Below are positions 17,803 through 27,265 of a DNA stretch of 59,223 nucleotides, one piece after another. Every line of letters begins with the position of its first letter. The stretch's first letter is position 1. Where the stretch lies: contig CAYWZB010000001.1 in assembly GCA_964462775.1 (NCBI GenBank), positions 1-59,223 of the forward strand. The letters are read 5' to 3'. A program made the position numbers and the translations under genes. A model generated the notes under the pieces. That model was not told the origin of the DNA. It saw only the letters and a list, made by a program, of their open reading frames with translations, and did not search any database. Source of the stretch: an uncultured Oscillospiraceae bacterium. Lineage in GTDB: Bacteria > Bacillota > Clostridia > Oscillospirales > Oscillospiraceae.

Positions 17803-18317
17803 GTATGGAGCTGTGGATCCTGGGCGCCGGCGGCTACGGCAAAACCGTGGCGGATGTGGCACGGCAGCTGGGCAGCTTTGACCGGGTCGCCTTTCTGGAC
17901 GACGGAAAAACCGGCCCGGATATTTTGGGGAAGTGTCAGGACTATGTGGCGCTTTACCATGAAAATGTGATGATTTATCCCGCCTTTGGCGACAATGCCC
18001 GGCGCATGGAATGGCTGGCGCGGCTGACGGCGGAAAAAATTCCCGTCCCCACACTGGTGCATCCCACCGCTTACGTCAGCCCCACTGCCCAACTGGGCGA
18101 GGGTACGGTGGTTCTTCCAAAGGCGGTGGTCAACACCGGTGTTCAGGTAGGAAGAGGCTGCATCGTCAACATCGGCGCCCTCATCGACCATGACACCCTG
18201 ATTGGGGACGGCACCCACCTGGCTCCCGGAGCCATTGTCAAGGCGGAAAACCGCATTGCCGCCGGAAGCAAGATCAACTCCGGTGAAGTGGTGGAAAACA
18301 GACAATATCCCCTGTGA
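17799..18317 (+). CDS. PglD/NeuD-like hexapeptide-repeat acetyltransferase
   Basis: LGAGGYG N-terminal domain, LVHPTAYVS, left-handed beta-helix repeats, IDHD. Confidence 0.85.
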   Translation: MSMELWILGAGGYGKTVADVARQLGSFDRVAFLDDGKTGPDILGKCQDYVALYHENVMIYPAFGDNARRMEWLARLTAEKIPVPTLVHPTAYVSPTAQLGEGTVVLPKAVVNTGVQVGRGCIVNIGALIDHDTLIGDGTHLAPGAIVKAENRIAAGSKINSGEVVENRQYPL

Positions 18318-18332
18318 AAAGGAGAAAAAACC

Positions 18333-19517
18333 ATGGATATGAAACTGGATTATTCGGATATTTCCTTTCAGAATAACGGCAAGCTGAAGCTGCTGATCAT
18401 TGTGGGCACCCGGCCGGAGATCATCCGTCTGGCAGCGGTGATCAACAAATGCCGCACCTATTTTGACTGCATCCTGGCGCACACGGGGCAGAATTACGAC
18501 TATAACCTCAACGGCATTTTCTTCCGGGATCTGGGTCTTGCCGACCCGGAGGTGTATATGAACGCGGTGGGCGACGATCTGGGTGCCACCGTGGGCAACA
18601 TCATCAATTGCTCCTATAAGCTGATGGCGGCAATCCGACCCGATGCCATGCTGGTGCTGGGGGATACCAACTCCTGCCTGGCAGCAATTCCTGCAAAGCG
18701 GCTGCACATCCCCATTTTCCACATGGAGGCAGGCAACCGCTGCAAGGATGAGTGCCTGCCGGAAGAGACCAACCGCCGGATTGTGGATATTATCTCCGAT
18801 GTGAATCTGGCTTACTCCGAGCACGCCCGGCGGTATCTGCATGAGTGCGGTCTGCCCAAGGAGCGTACCTATGTCACCGGTTCCCCCATGGCGGAGGTGC
18901 TCCATCAGAATCTGGATGCCATTCTGGCTTCCGATGTCCACCGTCGGCTGGGGCTGGAAAAGGGAAAGTACATCCTGCTGTCTGCCCACCGGGAGGAAAA
19001 TATCGACACGGAGAAGAACTTCCTGTCTCTGTTCCGGGCGGTCAACGCCATGGCGGAGAAGTACGATATGCCCATTCTCTATTCCTGCCACCCCCGCTCC
19101 AAAAAGCGGCTGGAGGAAAGCGGCTTCCAGCTGGACAAGCGGGTGATCCGCAACGAGCCTCTGGGCTTCCATGACTATAACTGCCTGCAGATGAATGCCT
19201 TCGCGGTGGTGTCCGATTCCGGCACGCTGCCGGAGGAAAGCAGCTTCTTCACCTCCGTGGGACATCCCTTCCCGGCGGTGTGCATCCGCACCTCCACCGA
19301 GCGGCCGGAGGCGCTGGACAAAGCCTGCTTCGTTCTGGCGGGCATTGACGAGACCCATCTGCTTCAGGCGGTGGATACTGCGGTGCAGATGAATCTGGAC
19401 GGGGACTACGGCATTCCCGTGCCGGACTATGTGGAGGAAAAGGTCTCCACCAAGGTGGTCAAGATCATCCAGTCCTACACCGGCGTGGTGGATAAGATGG
19501 TCTGGCGCAAGGGATAA
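18333..19517 (+). CDS. fnlC: Non-hydrolysing UDP-HexNAc 2-epimerase (FnlC/CapG/WbjD)
   Basis: VGTRPEIIRL, HTGQNYDY, LGDTNS, HMEAGNRC...PEETNR, HREEN, SDSGT. Confidence 0.92.
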   Translation: MDMKLDYSDISFQNNGKLKLLIIVGTRPEIIRLAAVINKCRTYFDCILAHTGQNYDYNLNGIFFRDLGLADPEVYMNAVGDDLGATVGNIINCSYKLMAAIRPDAMLVLGDTNSCLAAIPAKRLHIPIFHMEAGNRCKDECLPEETNRRIVDIISDVNLAYSEHARRYLHECGLPKERTYVTGSPMAEVLHQNLDAILASDVHRRLGLEKGKYILLSAHREENIDTEKNFLSLFRAVNAMAEKYDMPILYSCHPRSKKRLEESGFQLDKRVIRNEPLGFHDYNCLQMNAFAVVSDSGTLPEESSFFTSVGHPFPAVCIRTSTERPEALDKACFVLAGIDETHLLQAVDTAVQMNLDGDYGIPVPDYVEEKVSTKVVKIIQSYTGVVDKMVWRKG

Positions 19518-19551
19518 AAGCAGGAAACAGCCGGTCTGTGGAGGGAGCATT

Positions 19552-20655
19552 ATGAAATACCTTTTCATCAATTCCGTGGCTGGATTTGGCAGCACCGGGC
19601 GGCTGGCGGCGGAAAAATGCCGGGAGCTGATGGCGCAGGGGCACCAGTGTGTCCTGGCCTATGGCCGGGAGAAGTCCGGCTGTGAAGATGTGCCCACGGT
19701 GCGGATCGGCTCCGCCTGGAACTACCGGCTCCATGGGCTGGAAGCCCGGGTGCTGGATAACCAGGGCTTTGGCTCCCGGGGGGCTACCCGGCGGTTTTTG
19801 CGCTGGGTGGAAGAATATGACCCGGATGTAATCTGGCTGCACAATCTCCACGGATACTATATCCACATTGGGCTGCTGTTTTCGTATCTGCGAACCTGCG
19901 GCAAGCGGATCTATTGGACGCTCCACGATTGCTGGGCGTTTACCGGGCACTGCGCCTATTTCGACTTTGCCGGTTGCCAGGCGTGGCAGACCGGCTGCCA
20001 TCACTGCCCCCAGAAGGGGGCGTACCCGGCAAGCCTGCTGTGCGACCGCAGCCGGAAAAACTGGCTGGACAAAAAGCGGCTGTTTACCGGCATTCCAAAC
20101 CTGACGCTGGTGGTTCCCTCGCAATGGCTGTCGGATCGGGTGAAAGCTGGATTTTTGAGGGAATATCCGGTGGAGGAGGTGTACAACACCGTAGATCCCA
20201 CGGTTTTCTGCCCCACCCCCAGCGACTTCCGGAAGGAATACGGTCTGGAGGGCAAGAAGCTCCTGCTGGGTGTTGCCAGCGTATGGGAGGAGCGGAAAGG
20301 CTTAAAGGACTTTGTGGCGCTGGCAGGGCTGCTGCCGGAGGACTACAAAATCGTGCTGGTGGGACTGACGCCGGAGCAGGCCAAACAGCTGCCGGGAAGC
20401 ATCCTGGCGCTGCCCCGCACTAACAACATCCGGCAGCTGGTGGAAATCTATTCCGCCGCAGATCTTTATGTAAACCCGAGCGTGGAGGAGACCTTCGGCA
20501 TGACGGTGCTGGAAGCCCTGTCCTGCGGCACCCAGGCGCTGGTCTACAAGGACACCGCCTGCGAAGAGGTGGTGCGGCAGTTCGGCGGCATTGCCGTGGA
20601 GCGGGGGGCGGAAAATATCCGAAACGCTCTGAAAAAATGGGAGGAAACACTGTGA
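19552..20655 (+). CDS. GT4 glycosyltransferase
   Basis: GSTGR, LHNLHGYY, WTLHDCWAFTGHC, EETFGMTVLEA. Confidence 0.9.
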   Translation: MKYLFINSVAGFGSTGRLAAEKCRELMAQGHQCVLAYGREKSGCEDVPTVRIGSAWNYRLHGLEARVLDNQGFGSRGATRRFLRWVEEYDPDVIWLHNLHGYYIHIGLLFSYLRTCGKRIYWTLHDCWAFTGHCAYFDFAGCQAWQTGCHHCPQKGAYPASLLCDRSRKNWLDKKRLFTGIPNLTLVVPSQWLSDRVKAGFLREYPVEEVYNTVDPTVFCPTPSDFRKEYGLEGKKLLLGVASVWEERKGLKDFVALAGLLPEDYKIVLVGLTPEQAKQLPGSILALPRTNNIRQLVEIYSAADLYVNPSVEETFGMTVLEALSCGTQALVYKDTACEEVVRQFGGIAVERGAENIRNALKKWEETL

Positions 20656-21911
20656 AAAGCTACCCTTTCCCTGACAATCGAGGCTGGAAAGCGGCATTCT
20701 CCCTGTTCCTGCTGGCCATGCTCCTGCTGGCGCGGGACAGTATGTTCACCACCGCCGTGATCGGCTTTTACAAGGCGCAGTTCTGTATGCTGGGTCTGAT
20801 CGCCGTGCTGGCGGTGGCCTTTTTGCTTCACAACCGCCACGCCTGGCGGCAGCTGCTGACGGACAGGCGGCTGCTGATGATGGCTGCTGCGGCAGCGGTG
20901 TTCCTGGTGCCCATGGCCGTCAAGGGCGACTGGCAGCTGATGTATTTCAGCGTACTGCTGGGGGTGCTGCTGGGAATCTTCCTGAGCTGGTTTTCCCGGG
21001 TGGAGCAGACGGCGAAGGTCTATGTCTGCCTGATGACGGCGCTGGGTGCGTATTCTGTGCTGGCAACCTATCTCTTGCGGATAGCGCCGGACAACGGCTG
21101 GTTTGCGGTGCCTGTGTTCCGCAATGCCAAGGATTTTGAATTTCACAACTTTTTCTTGGCCGTTGTGTCGGACAGCTATGTAAAAAACCGAAATTTTGGC
21201 ATTTTCCGGGAGCCGGGGGTGTATCAGTTTTTTCTGATCCTGGCGCTGTATCTGAACAACGACCGTGTCCGCTGGGAAAAGCCCTGGCAGCTCTGGACGG
21301 GAAATGTGGTGCTGGCGGTGACTATGGTCACTACCTTTGCCACCGGCGGCTTCGCGGAAATGGCGCTGCTGGCAGTGCTGCTGTTTTTCGACCAAAAGTG
21401 GTATCGCAGCAAGCCCCTGCGCGTGGCGGTGGCGGTGCTGGCGGGGGTCGTGGCAGTGGCTGCGGCGTACTGCATTGCCCGGAGAAATGCGCTGTACTGG
21501 GAAGTGTACGATATGCTCATCGGCAAGTTCATCTGGGGCACGGATTCTGCCCCGGAGCGGATGGCATCGATCCTGCTCAACGGGCAGGCCTTTTTGGGCA
21601 GTCCTCTGGTGGGGCAGCCCCTGGCAGAGGTGCTCCATGCGCTGCAGAACAATACCAGCTCCACCATGATCCTGCTGGCAGGCTTTGGCGTGCTGGCCGG
21701 TGCGCTGCATCTGGCATCCTGGCTGGCGCTGGTCTGGAAGAAGGAGCGGTGCTGGGCAGTCAATTTCTGCTATTTCGGCATTTTGCTGCTGTCTTTCAAC
21801 ACCCAGAACCTGATTGCGGATGTATTTTTGTGGATGATACCCATGATGGCGCTGACGGAGGCGATGGAGCCTCGTCTCGCCGGAAAGAAAGGAGGCTCCC
21901 ATGGAAGCTGA
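20652..21911 (+). CDS. wzy: Putative Wzy polysaccharide polymerase / ligase-like membrane protein
   Basis: About 10 hydrophobic segments, RNFGIFREPG loop motif, position in the operon; low-conservation family, so the call is contextual. Confidence 0.7.
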   Translation: MKSYPFPDNRGWKAAFSLFLLAMLLLARDSMFTTAVIGFYKAQFCMLGLIAVLAVAFLLHNRHAWRQLLTDRRLLMMAAAAAVFLVPMAVKGDWQLMYFSVLLGVLLGIFLSWFSRVEQTAKVYVCLMTALGAYSVLATYLLRIAPDNGWFAVPVFRNAKDFEFHNFFLAVVSDSYVKNRNFGIFREPGVYQFFLILALYLNNDRVRWEKPWQLWTGNVVLAVTMVTTFATGGFAEMALLAVLLFFDQKWYRSKPLRVAVAVLAGVVAVAAAYCIARRNALYWEVYDMLIGKFIWGTDSAPERMASILLNGQAFLGSPLVGQPLAEVLHALQNNTSSTMILLAGFGVLAGALHLASWLALVWKKERCWAVNFCYFGILLLSFNTQNLIADVFLWMIPMMALTEAMEPRLAGKKGGSHGS

Positions 21912-22716
21912 GATCCTGCGTAAAGTCCAGCTGGTGCAGCTGGAAATGCTTCACGAGATCGACCGGGTATGCCGGGAAAACGGCATTTCCTATTTCCTGT
22001 ACTGCGGGACATTCCTGGGGGCCGTGCGGCACAAGGGCTTCATCCCCTGGGACGATGATCTGGACGTGGGAATGCTCCGGGAGGACTATGACCGTTTCCG
22101 TGCCATTGCCCCGGAGAAGCTGAAGGAGAACTACTGCTTCCAGGACTGGCATACCGACCCGGTATACGCCTTGCCCTTTGGCAAGCTGAGAAAGAAGAAC
22201 ACCTATTATCTGGAAGCCAAAAGTGCGCCTTTGCAGGAAAATGGCTTCTATGTGGACATTTTTCCTGTGGATTACGCCCCCGACGGGGAAAAGGAGCGGG
22301 AAGCGCTGAAACGGAAGCTGCTGCACCTGTTCCGGGTGAAGCTGATGAAGTCCGGCTTTGCGCCCTGGATGGATGAGGAGCGGGTCAACTGGAAAAAGCG
22401 CATCGGCTATCTGCCTTACCAGCTGGCAGCGAAGCTGGTCAGCCAGCAGTGGCTGATCCGGCATTACGACGCACTGGTGGCAGCGGTGCCGGAAAATGAC
22501 TGTGTGTACAAGCAGAGCGCCCGATCCAAGCCCAACTATTTCCAGCGGAAATGGCTGCAGGATCTGGCGGAGTATCCCTTTGAGGACGGAATGTTCCCCG
22601 CCCCCCGGGACTATGATGCCTGCCTGACAGCGCAGTTCGGGGACTATATGACCCCCCCACCCGAAGGGGAGCGGGAAAACCGCCACCAGATTATCAAGCT
22701 GGATTTTGGCGAATAA
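21901..22716 (+). CDS. licD: LicD-family phosphotransferase
   Basis: GTFLGAVRHKGFIPWDDDLD, VDIFP, FGDYMTPPP..R..H. Confidence 0.93.
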   Translation: MEAEILRKVQLVQLEMLHEIDRVCRENGISYFLYCGTFLGAVRHKGFIPWDDDLDVGMLREDYDRFRAIAPEKLKENYCFQDWHTDPVYALPFGKLRKKNTYYLEAKSAPLQENGFYVDIFPVDYAPDGEKEREALKRKLLHLFRVKLMKSGFAPWMDEERVNWKKRIGYLPYQLAAKLVSQQWLIRHYDALVAAVPENDCVYKQSARSKPNYFQRKWLQDLAEYPFEDGMFPAPRDYDACLTAQFGDYMTPPPEGERENRHQIIKLDFGE

Positions 22717-22728
22717 AGGAGGAAAACC

Positions 22729-23850
22729 ATGCAGCGGGTACTGTTTTTGACCAATTATTCCTCGCCTTACCGGGTGGAATTTTTTGACCAGCTGGGCAAG
22801 GACATGGATGTGACCGTGCTCTATGCCGACCGGCGGGAGAATCAGACCCACCGGGAGCAGCGCTGGTTTGTGGAAAGCCAGGGCAATTTCCGATGGGTGC
22901 AGCTGGAAAAGCAGGTGCTGCGTGTGAGAGATGAGCCTCTGTGCCTGGATGTGATCGGCTGGCTGAAGCAGCCCTGGGATCAGATCGTGGTCTGCGGCTA
23001 TTCCTACCCGACCATGGTGTTGGCCATGGCATGGCTGCGTGCCCACCGGAAGCCCTTCTGGATGGAGATCGACGGCGGCCTGATCCGGGAGGACAGCTGG
23101 CTGAAATACCGAATCAAACGGCTGCTGGTCAGCGCCCCCAATGCCTGGCTCAGCACGGGGGAATATCCTACCAAATATCTGACCCACTACGGCGCCCGGC
23201 CGGAGAAGGTTGAGGTATATCCCTTTACCTCTCTTCACGCCCGGGACATCCTGCCCCAGCTTCCTTCGCCGGAGGAAAAGGCGGCGCTGCGCCGGGAGCT
23301 TGGCCTGGAGGAAGGCAATCTGATTCTCTCGGTGGGACGGTTTGATCACGGCAAGGGCTTTGACGTGCTGCTGAACGCTGCGGCCAGGATGGGGGAAAAG
23401 GCCAGCTTCTGCATTGTCGGTGGCGAGCCGAAGGAGGATTACCTGACCCAGATGCGGGAACTGGGGCTGACCAACGTGCGCTTTCTGGGCTTCCAGCCCA
23501 AGGAGCAGCTGGCGAAATACTACCGGGCAGCGGATCTGTTCGTTTTGCCCACCCGGTCGGATGTCTGGGGGCTGGTCATCAACGAGGCCATGGCCTGCGG
23601 CCTGCCGGTGGTCACCACCGACCGGTGTGTTGCCGGTTTGGAGCTGATCCAAAACGGTGTTAACGGCTACATTGTGCCTGTGGACGACGATGCCGCTCTA
23701 GCGGATAAGCTGGATGCGGCGCTGCGGGCGGACTGCCGTGTGCTGGGTCAGGCGGCGCTGGAAACCATCCGCCCCTTTACCATTGAAAACATGGCCAAGA
23801 CCCATGTGGAGATTTTTCAGAGCAAACCCAACTTTTCCCGGGGGAAGTGA
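22729..23850 (+). CDS. GT4 glycosyltransferase
   Basis: SPYR, SVGRF..KG, DLFVLPTRSDVWGLVINEAMACG. Confidence 0.9.
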   Translation: MQRVLFLTNYSSPYRVEFFDQLGKDMDVTVLYADRRENQTHREQRWFVESQGNFRWVQLEKQVLRVRDEPLCLDVIGWLKQPWDQIVVCGYSYPTMVLAMAWLRAHRKPFWMEIDGGLIREDSWLKYRIKRLLVSAPNAWLSTGEYPTKYLTHYGARPEKVEVYPFTSLHARDILPQLPSPEEKAALRRELGLEEGNLILSVGRFDHGKGFDVLLNAAARMGEKASFCIVGGEPKEDYLTQMRELGLTNVRFLGFQPKEQLAKYYRAADLFVLPTRSDVWGLVINEAMACGLPVVTTDRCVAGLELIQNGVNGYIVPVDDDAALADKLDAALRADCRVLGQAALETIRPFTIENMAKTHVEIFQSKPNFSRGK

Positions 23851-25010
23851 AAGCTATGCGGATCATTTACGCGGTGAACAGCTGCTCTAACCGAGTGTAT
23901 CAGCAGTTGTTTGCCCATGCAAAGAAGAAGCCTGCCTACCATTCTCAGAAATATCACCGTCTGGTGATGGAGGGGCTGGCAGCCCATACTCAGGTGGAGG
24001 CAGTGGTCACGCCGCCGGTGAACCGGTCGGTAATGGAAAAGGCCTGTGTTTCCCTGCCGGATGAGTGGGAGGGCGGCGTGCACTATACCTATCTGCCTGC
24101 CATCCGCAGCCCCTATCTGAAGCTGCCGGTGATGGCGCTGGGTACCTTTTTCAAGACCCTGTTCCGGGCAAAGAAGGACACCGCTGTGGTGGTGGACTGC
24201 CTGAACGGAACGGTGGGCGTTTGCGCCATGGCAGCAGCCCGGATCCGCCGGGTGCCCTGTGTGTGCATCGTGACGGATCTGCCGGAAATGCTGGGAATGT
24301 CCAGCGTATCCCGGCGGCTGATCGATTTCACCATCCGCCACAGCACCCATTACATTTTGCTGACAGAGGCCATGGCGGAGCGCCTGGGGGTGAAGCACAA
24401 GCCCTACGTGGTGCTGGAAGGGCAGTCGGACATTGCCATGCAGACCCTGCCCCCCAGCCGGGAGCAGAAGCGCAAGCCCCGGATCTGTATGTACGCCGGC
24501 AGCCTGTACAAGATATACGGCATCGGCAATCTGATTGAGGGCTTCCGCATGGCGAAGCTGGAGAATGTGCAGCTGCATCTGTACGGCCCCTGCAATTTCG
24601 AGGAGGAGCTGCGGCAGATCGCCCGGGAGGAGCCGAACATTTTCTACGGCGGCATGGTGCTCAATACCGAGATCGTGGAAAAGGAAATGGAAGCGACCCT
24701 GCTGGTCAACCCCCGCCCCACGGATGAGGAGTTTGTCAAATACTCCTTCCCCTCCAAAACCATGGAGTATATGTCCACCGGAACCCCGGTGCTGACCACT
24801 GTGCTGCCCGGAATGCCCCGGGAGTACTATCCCCATGTGTACCTGCTGGAGGACGAGGCACCGGAGGGAATCGCCCGGAAGCTGCGGGAGCTGTTTGCCC
24901 TGACCGATGAGGAACTGTTCCAAAAGGGCTGCGAGGCCAGAGATTTTATCCTGAACGAGAAAAACAACGTGATCCAGGCGGGAAAGATCCTGGATATGCT
25001 GGAAAAATAA
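23847..25010 (+). CDS. GT4 glycosyltransferase
   Basis: MYAGSL...YGI, LLVNPRP...YSFPSKTMEYM. Confidence 0.88.
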   Translation: MKAMRIIYAVNSCSNRVYQQLFAHAKKKPAYHSQKYHRLVMEGLAAHTQVEAVVTPPVNRSVMEKACVSLPDEWEGGVHYTYLPAIRSPYLKLPVMALGTFFKTLFRAKKDTAVVVDCLNGTVGVCAMAAARIRRVPCVCIVTDLPEMLGMSSVSRRLIDFTIRHSTHYILLTEAMAERLGVKHKPYVVLEGQSDIAMQTLPPSREQKRKPRICMYAGSLYKIYGIGNLIEGFRMAKLENVQLHLYGPCNFEEELRQIAREEPNIFYGGMVLNTEIVEKEMEATLLVNPRPTDEEFVKYSFPSKTMEYMSTGTPVLTTVLPGMPREYYPHVYLLEDEAPEGIARKLRELFALTDEELFQKGCEARDFILNEKNNVIQAGKILDMLEK

Positions 25011-25023
25011 GGAAGGGATCAAC

Positions 25024-26265
25024 ATGAAACTGCTGTGGCTGTGCAATAAAATGCCGGGAAAAATTCGGGAAGCCGTCACCGGCAGCGCCTCCGCCGGGGG
25101 ACTGTGGGTGGACTCTGTGCTGCAGGGTCTGCGGGAGCAGAGCCTGACCATTCGGGTGCTTTGCCCGGGGGACGGCAAGGACGGCGCGCTGGATGACCAT
25201 TGCAGCTTTGCGACCTTCTCTCCCGGAAAGCCCTATGAATATTTGCCCGCTTTGGAGCAGGCGTTCCGCCGGGAGCTGCAGAGCTTCCAGCCGGAGGTGA
25301 TCCACATCTGGGGCACGGAATATGCCCACACCCTGGCTATGGTCAATGCCTGCCAGGCGGAGAACCTGCTGGAGCATATGGTTATCAGCATTCAGGGGCT
25401 GTGCTCGGTGTACGCCGGGCATTATGCCGAGGGACTCCCCGGCCGGGTTTGCCGGGGTTGGACTTTCCGGGATCTTCTGCGCTGGGACAATGTGGAAAAA
25501 CAGCGGGAAAAGTTTGTACTCCGTGGAGAACTGGAGAAAAAGGCTCTGGAAAAAGCCCACCATGTTATTGGCAGAACGGATTGGGACAGAGCCTGCGTCT
25601 ATGCCGTCAACCCGGCGTGCCAGTACCATTTCTGCAATGAGACCCTGCGCCAGCCCTTCTATCAGGATAGCTGGACATACAAAAAATGCCAGAAGCACCG
25701 GATTTTTGCTTCCAGCTGCGTCTACCCGGTGAAGGGCTTCCACTATTTGCTAGAAGCCTTCCGGGAGGTGGTGAAGCAGTACCCGGATGCCACGCTGGCG
25801 GTCACCGGGGAGAGCTATCTGAAAACTTCCCCCCTGCGTGAAAGCGGCTATCACAGGTATCTGGCAAAGCTGACCAGACAGTACGGCCTGGAAGGAAAAA
25901 TTGAGTTTCTGGGCAGTCTCGATGCGGAAGGAATGAAGGAAGCGTTTTTGAGCAGCAATGTGTTTGTGCTGCCCTCCACCATTGAAAACTCCCCCAATTC
26001 TCTGGGGGAGGCCATGGTGCTGGGGGTGCCCTGTGTGGCATCGGATGTGGGCGGCGTAGCGGGGCTGATGGATCATGGGCAGGAAGGCTTTGTCTACCAG
26101 TCCACCGCGCCTTATATGCTGGCGCACTACATCCGTCAGGTTTTTGCCATGGGAGACCGGGCAGGGAAGCTGGGGCAGGCGGCGCAGACCCACGGCCGAA
26201 AGACCCACGATCCCCAGGAGAACCTGCGGCAGCTGCTGGAAATTTATGACACCATTGCCAGGTAA
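25024..26265 (+). CDS. GT4 glycosyltransferase
   Basis: IHIWGTE, SIQG, KG, PSTIENSPNSLGEAM...SDVGG. Confidence 0.9.
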   Translation: MKLLWLCNKMPGKIREAVTGSASAGGLWVDSVLQGLREQSLTIRVLCPGDGKDGALDDHCSFATFSPGKPYEYLPALEQAFRRELQSFQPEVIHIWGTEYAHTLAMVNACQAENLLEHMVISIQGLCSVYAGHYAEGLPGRVCRGWTFRDLLRWDNVEKQREKFVLRGELEKKALEKAHHVIGRTDWDRACVYAVNPACQYHFCNETLRQPFYQDSWTYKKCQKHRIFASSCVYPVKGFHYLLEAFREVVKQYPDATLAVTGESYLKTSPLRESGYHRYLAKLTRQYGLEGKIEFLGSLDAEGMKEAFLSSNVFVLPSTIENSPNSLGEAMVLGVPCVASDVGGVAGLMDHGQEGFVYQSTAPYMLAHYIRQVFAMGDRAGKLGQAAQTHGRKTHDPQENLRQLLEIYDTIAR

Positions 26266-26275
26266 GGGGGTAGCT

Positions 26276-27265
26276 ATGGAGCAGAGCATTCTGATCAGTG
26301 TCATTGTGCCGGTGTACAAGGTGGAAGCCTACCTCAGCCGGTGCGTGGATTCCATTTTGGCGCAAACCTACCGAAATCTGGAAATCCTGCTGGTGGACGA
26401 CGGTTCCCCGGACAGCTGCGGCAAAATCTGCGATGACTATGCCCACCGGGATCCTCGGATCCGGGTGATCCACAAGATCAACGGCGGCCTGAGCAGCGCC
26501 CGCAACGCCGGACTGGACATCGCCCGGGGGCAGTACATTGCCTTCGTGGACAGCGACGACTGGATCGAGCCGGAGATGTATGAGACCATGCTGGCGGCGG
26601 CAATCCGGGAGGATGTTCCTCTGGTCTGCGCCGGGCGGTATGATGTGGAAAGCAAGACCGGCGAAAGAAAGCTGGGACTGTGCCCGGCCAAGGCCGAAGT
26701 GATTACCGGGGAGGAGACTGCCCGGCGGATCTTTACCTGGGAGGGGATGGATTCCGCCGCCTGGGATAAGCTCTACCGCCGGGAGCTGTTTGACAGCATC
26801 CGTTACCCTGTGGGGGTCGTGGTGGAGGATGTGCCGGTGACTTACCGACTGGCGCTGAAGGCCGGAAGGGTTGCCATGTGCGACAAGCCCTTTGTCAACT
26901 ACTTCCACCGCCCTGGCAGCATTACCACCGCGGCGGTGTCGGAGAAAACCTTCCACTTTTCCCGGCATACGGCGATGATCTATCCCCAGGTCTGCCGGGA
27001 GTATCCGGCTCTGGCGGATGCTGCCCGGTATCAGCGGATCCGCTCCCTGCGCTATGATCTGCTGACGCTGGAGCTGGCCGACCGGGAAAGCCGGGAGACC
27101 TTCCGGGAGCAGTACGCCCGGTCACAGCGGGAGCTGAAAAAGCATCTGGGATTCATCGTCAAAAGCCCCATGTTTTCCCGGCAGGAAAAACTGACGGATC
27201 TGCTGCTGGGCACCGGCTTTTACAGCCCCTTCCGCAAACTTTATCATAGGATCAAGAGAACATGA
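26276..27265 (+). CDS. GT2 glycosyltransferase
   Basis: SVIVPVY, VDDGSPD, NGGLSSARN, FVDSDD, WDKLY, ED. Confidence 0.92.
   Translation: MEQSILISVIVPVYKVEAYLSRCVDSILAQTYRNLEILLVDDGSPDSCGKICDDYAHRDPRIRVIHKINGGLSSARNAGLDIARGQYIAFVDSDDWIEPEMYETMLAAAIREDVPLVCAGRYDVESKTGERKLGLCPAKAEVITGEETARRIFTWEGMDSAAWDKLYRRELFDSIRYPVGVVVEDVPVTYRLALKAGRVAMCDKPFVNYFHRPGSITTAAVSEKTFHFSRHTAMIYPQVCREYPALADAARYQRIRSLRYDLLTLELADRESRETFREQYARSQRELKKHLGFIVKSPMFSRQEKLTDLLLGTGFYSPFRKLYHRIKRT

Noticed and set aside
22652-22658. C7 tract in licD (and C7 at ~34546 in a GT2) as phase-variation sites
   Set aside because: Only 7 nt, in frame, encoding Pro-rich motifs; expected by chance at this GC content.
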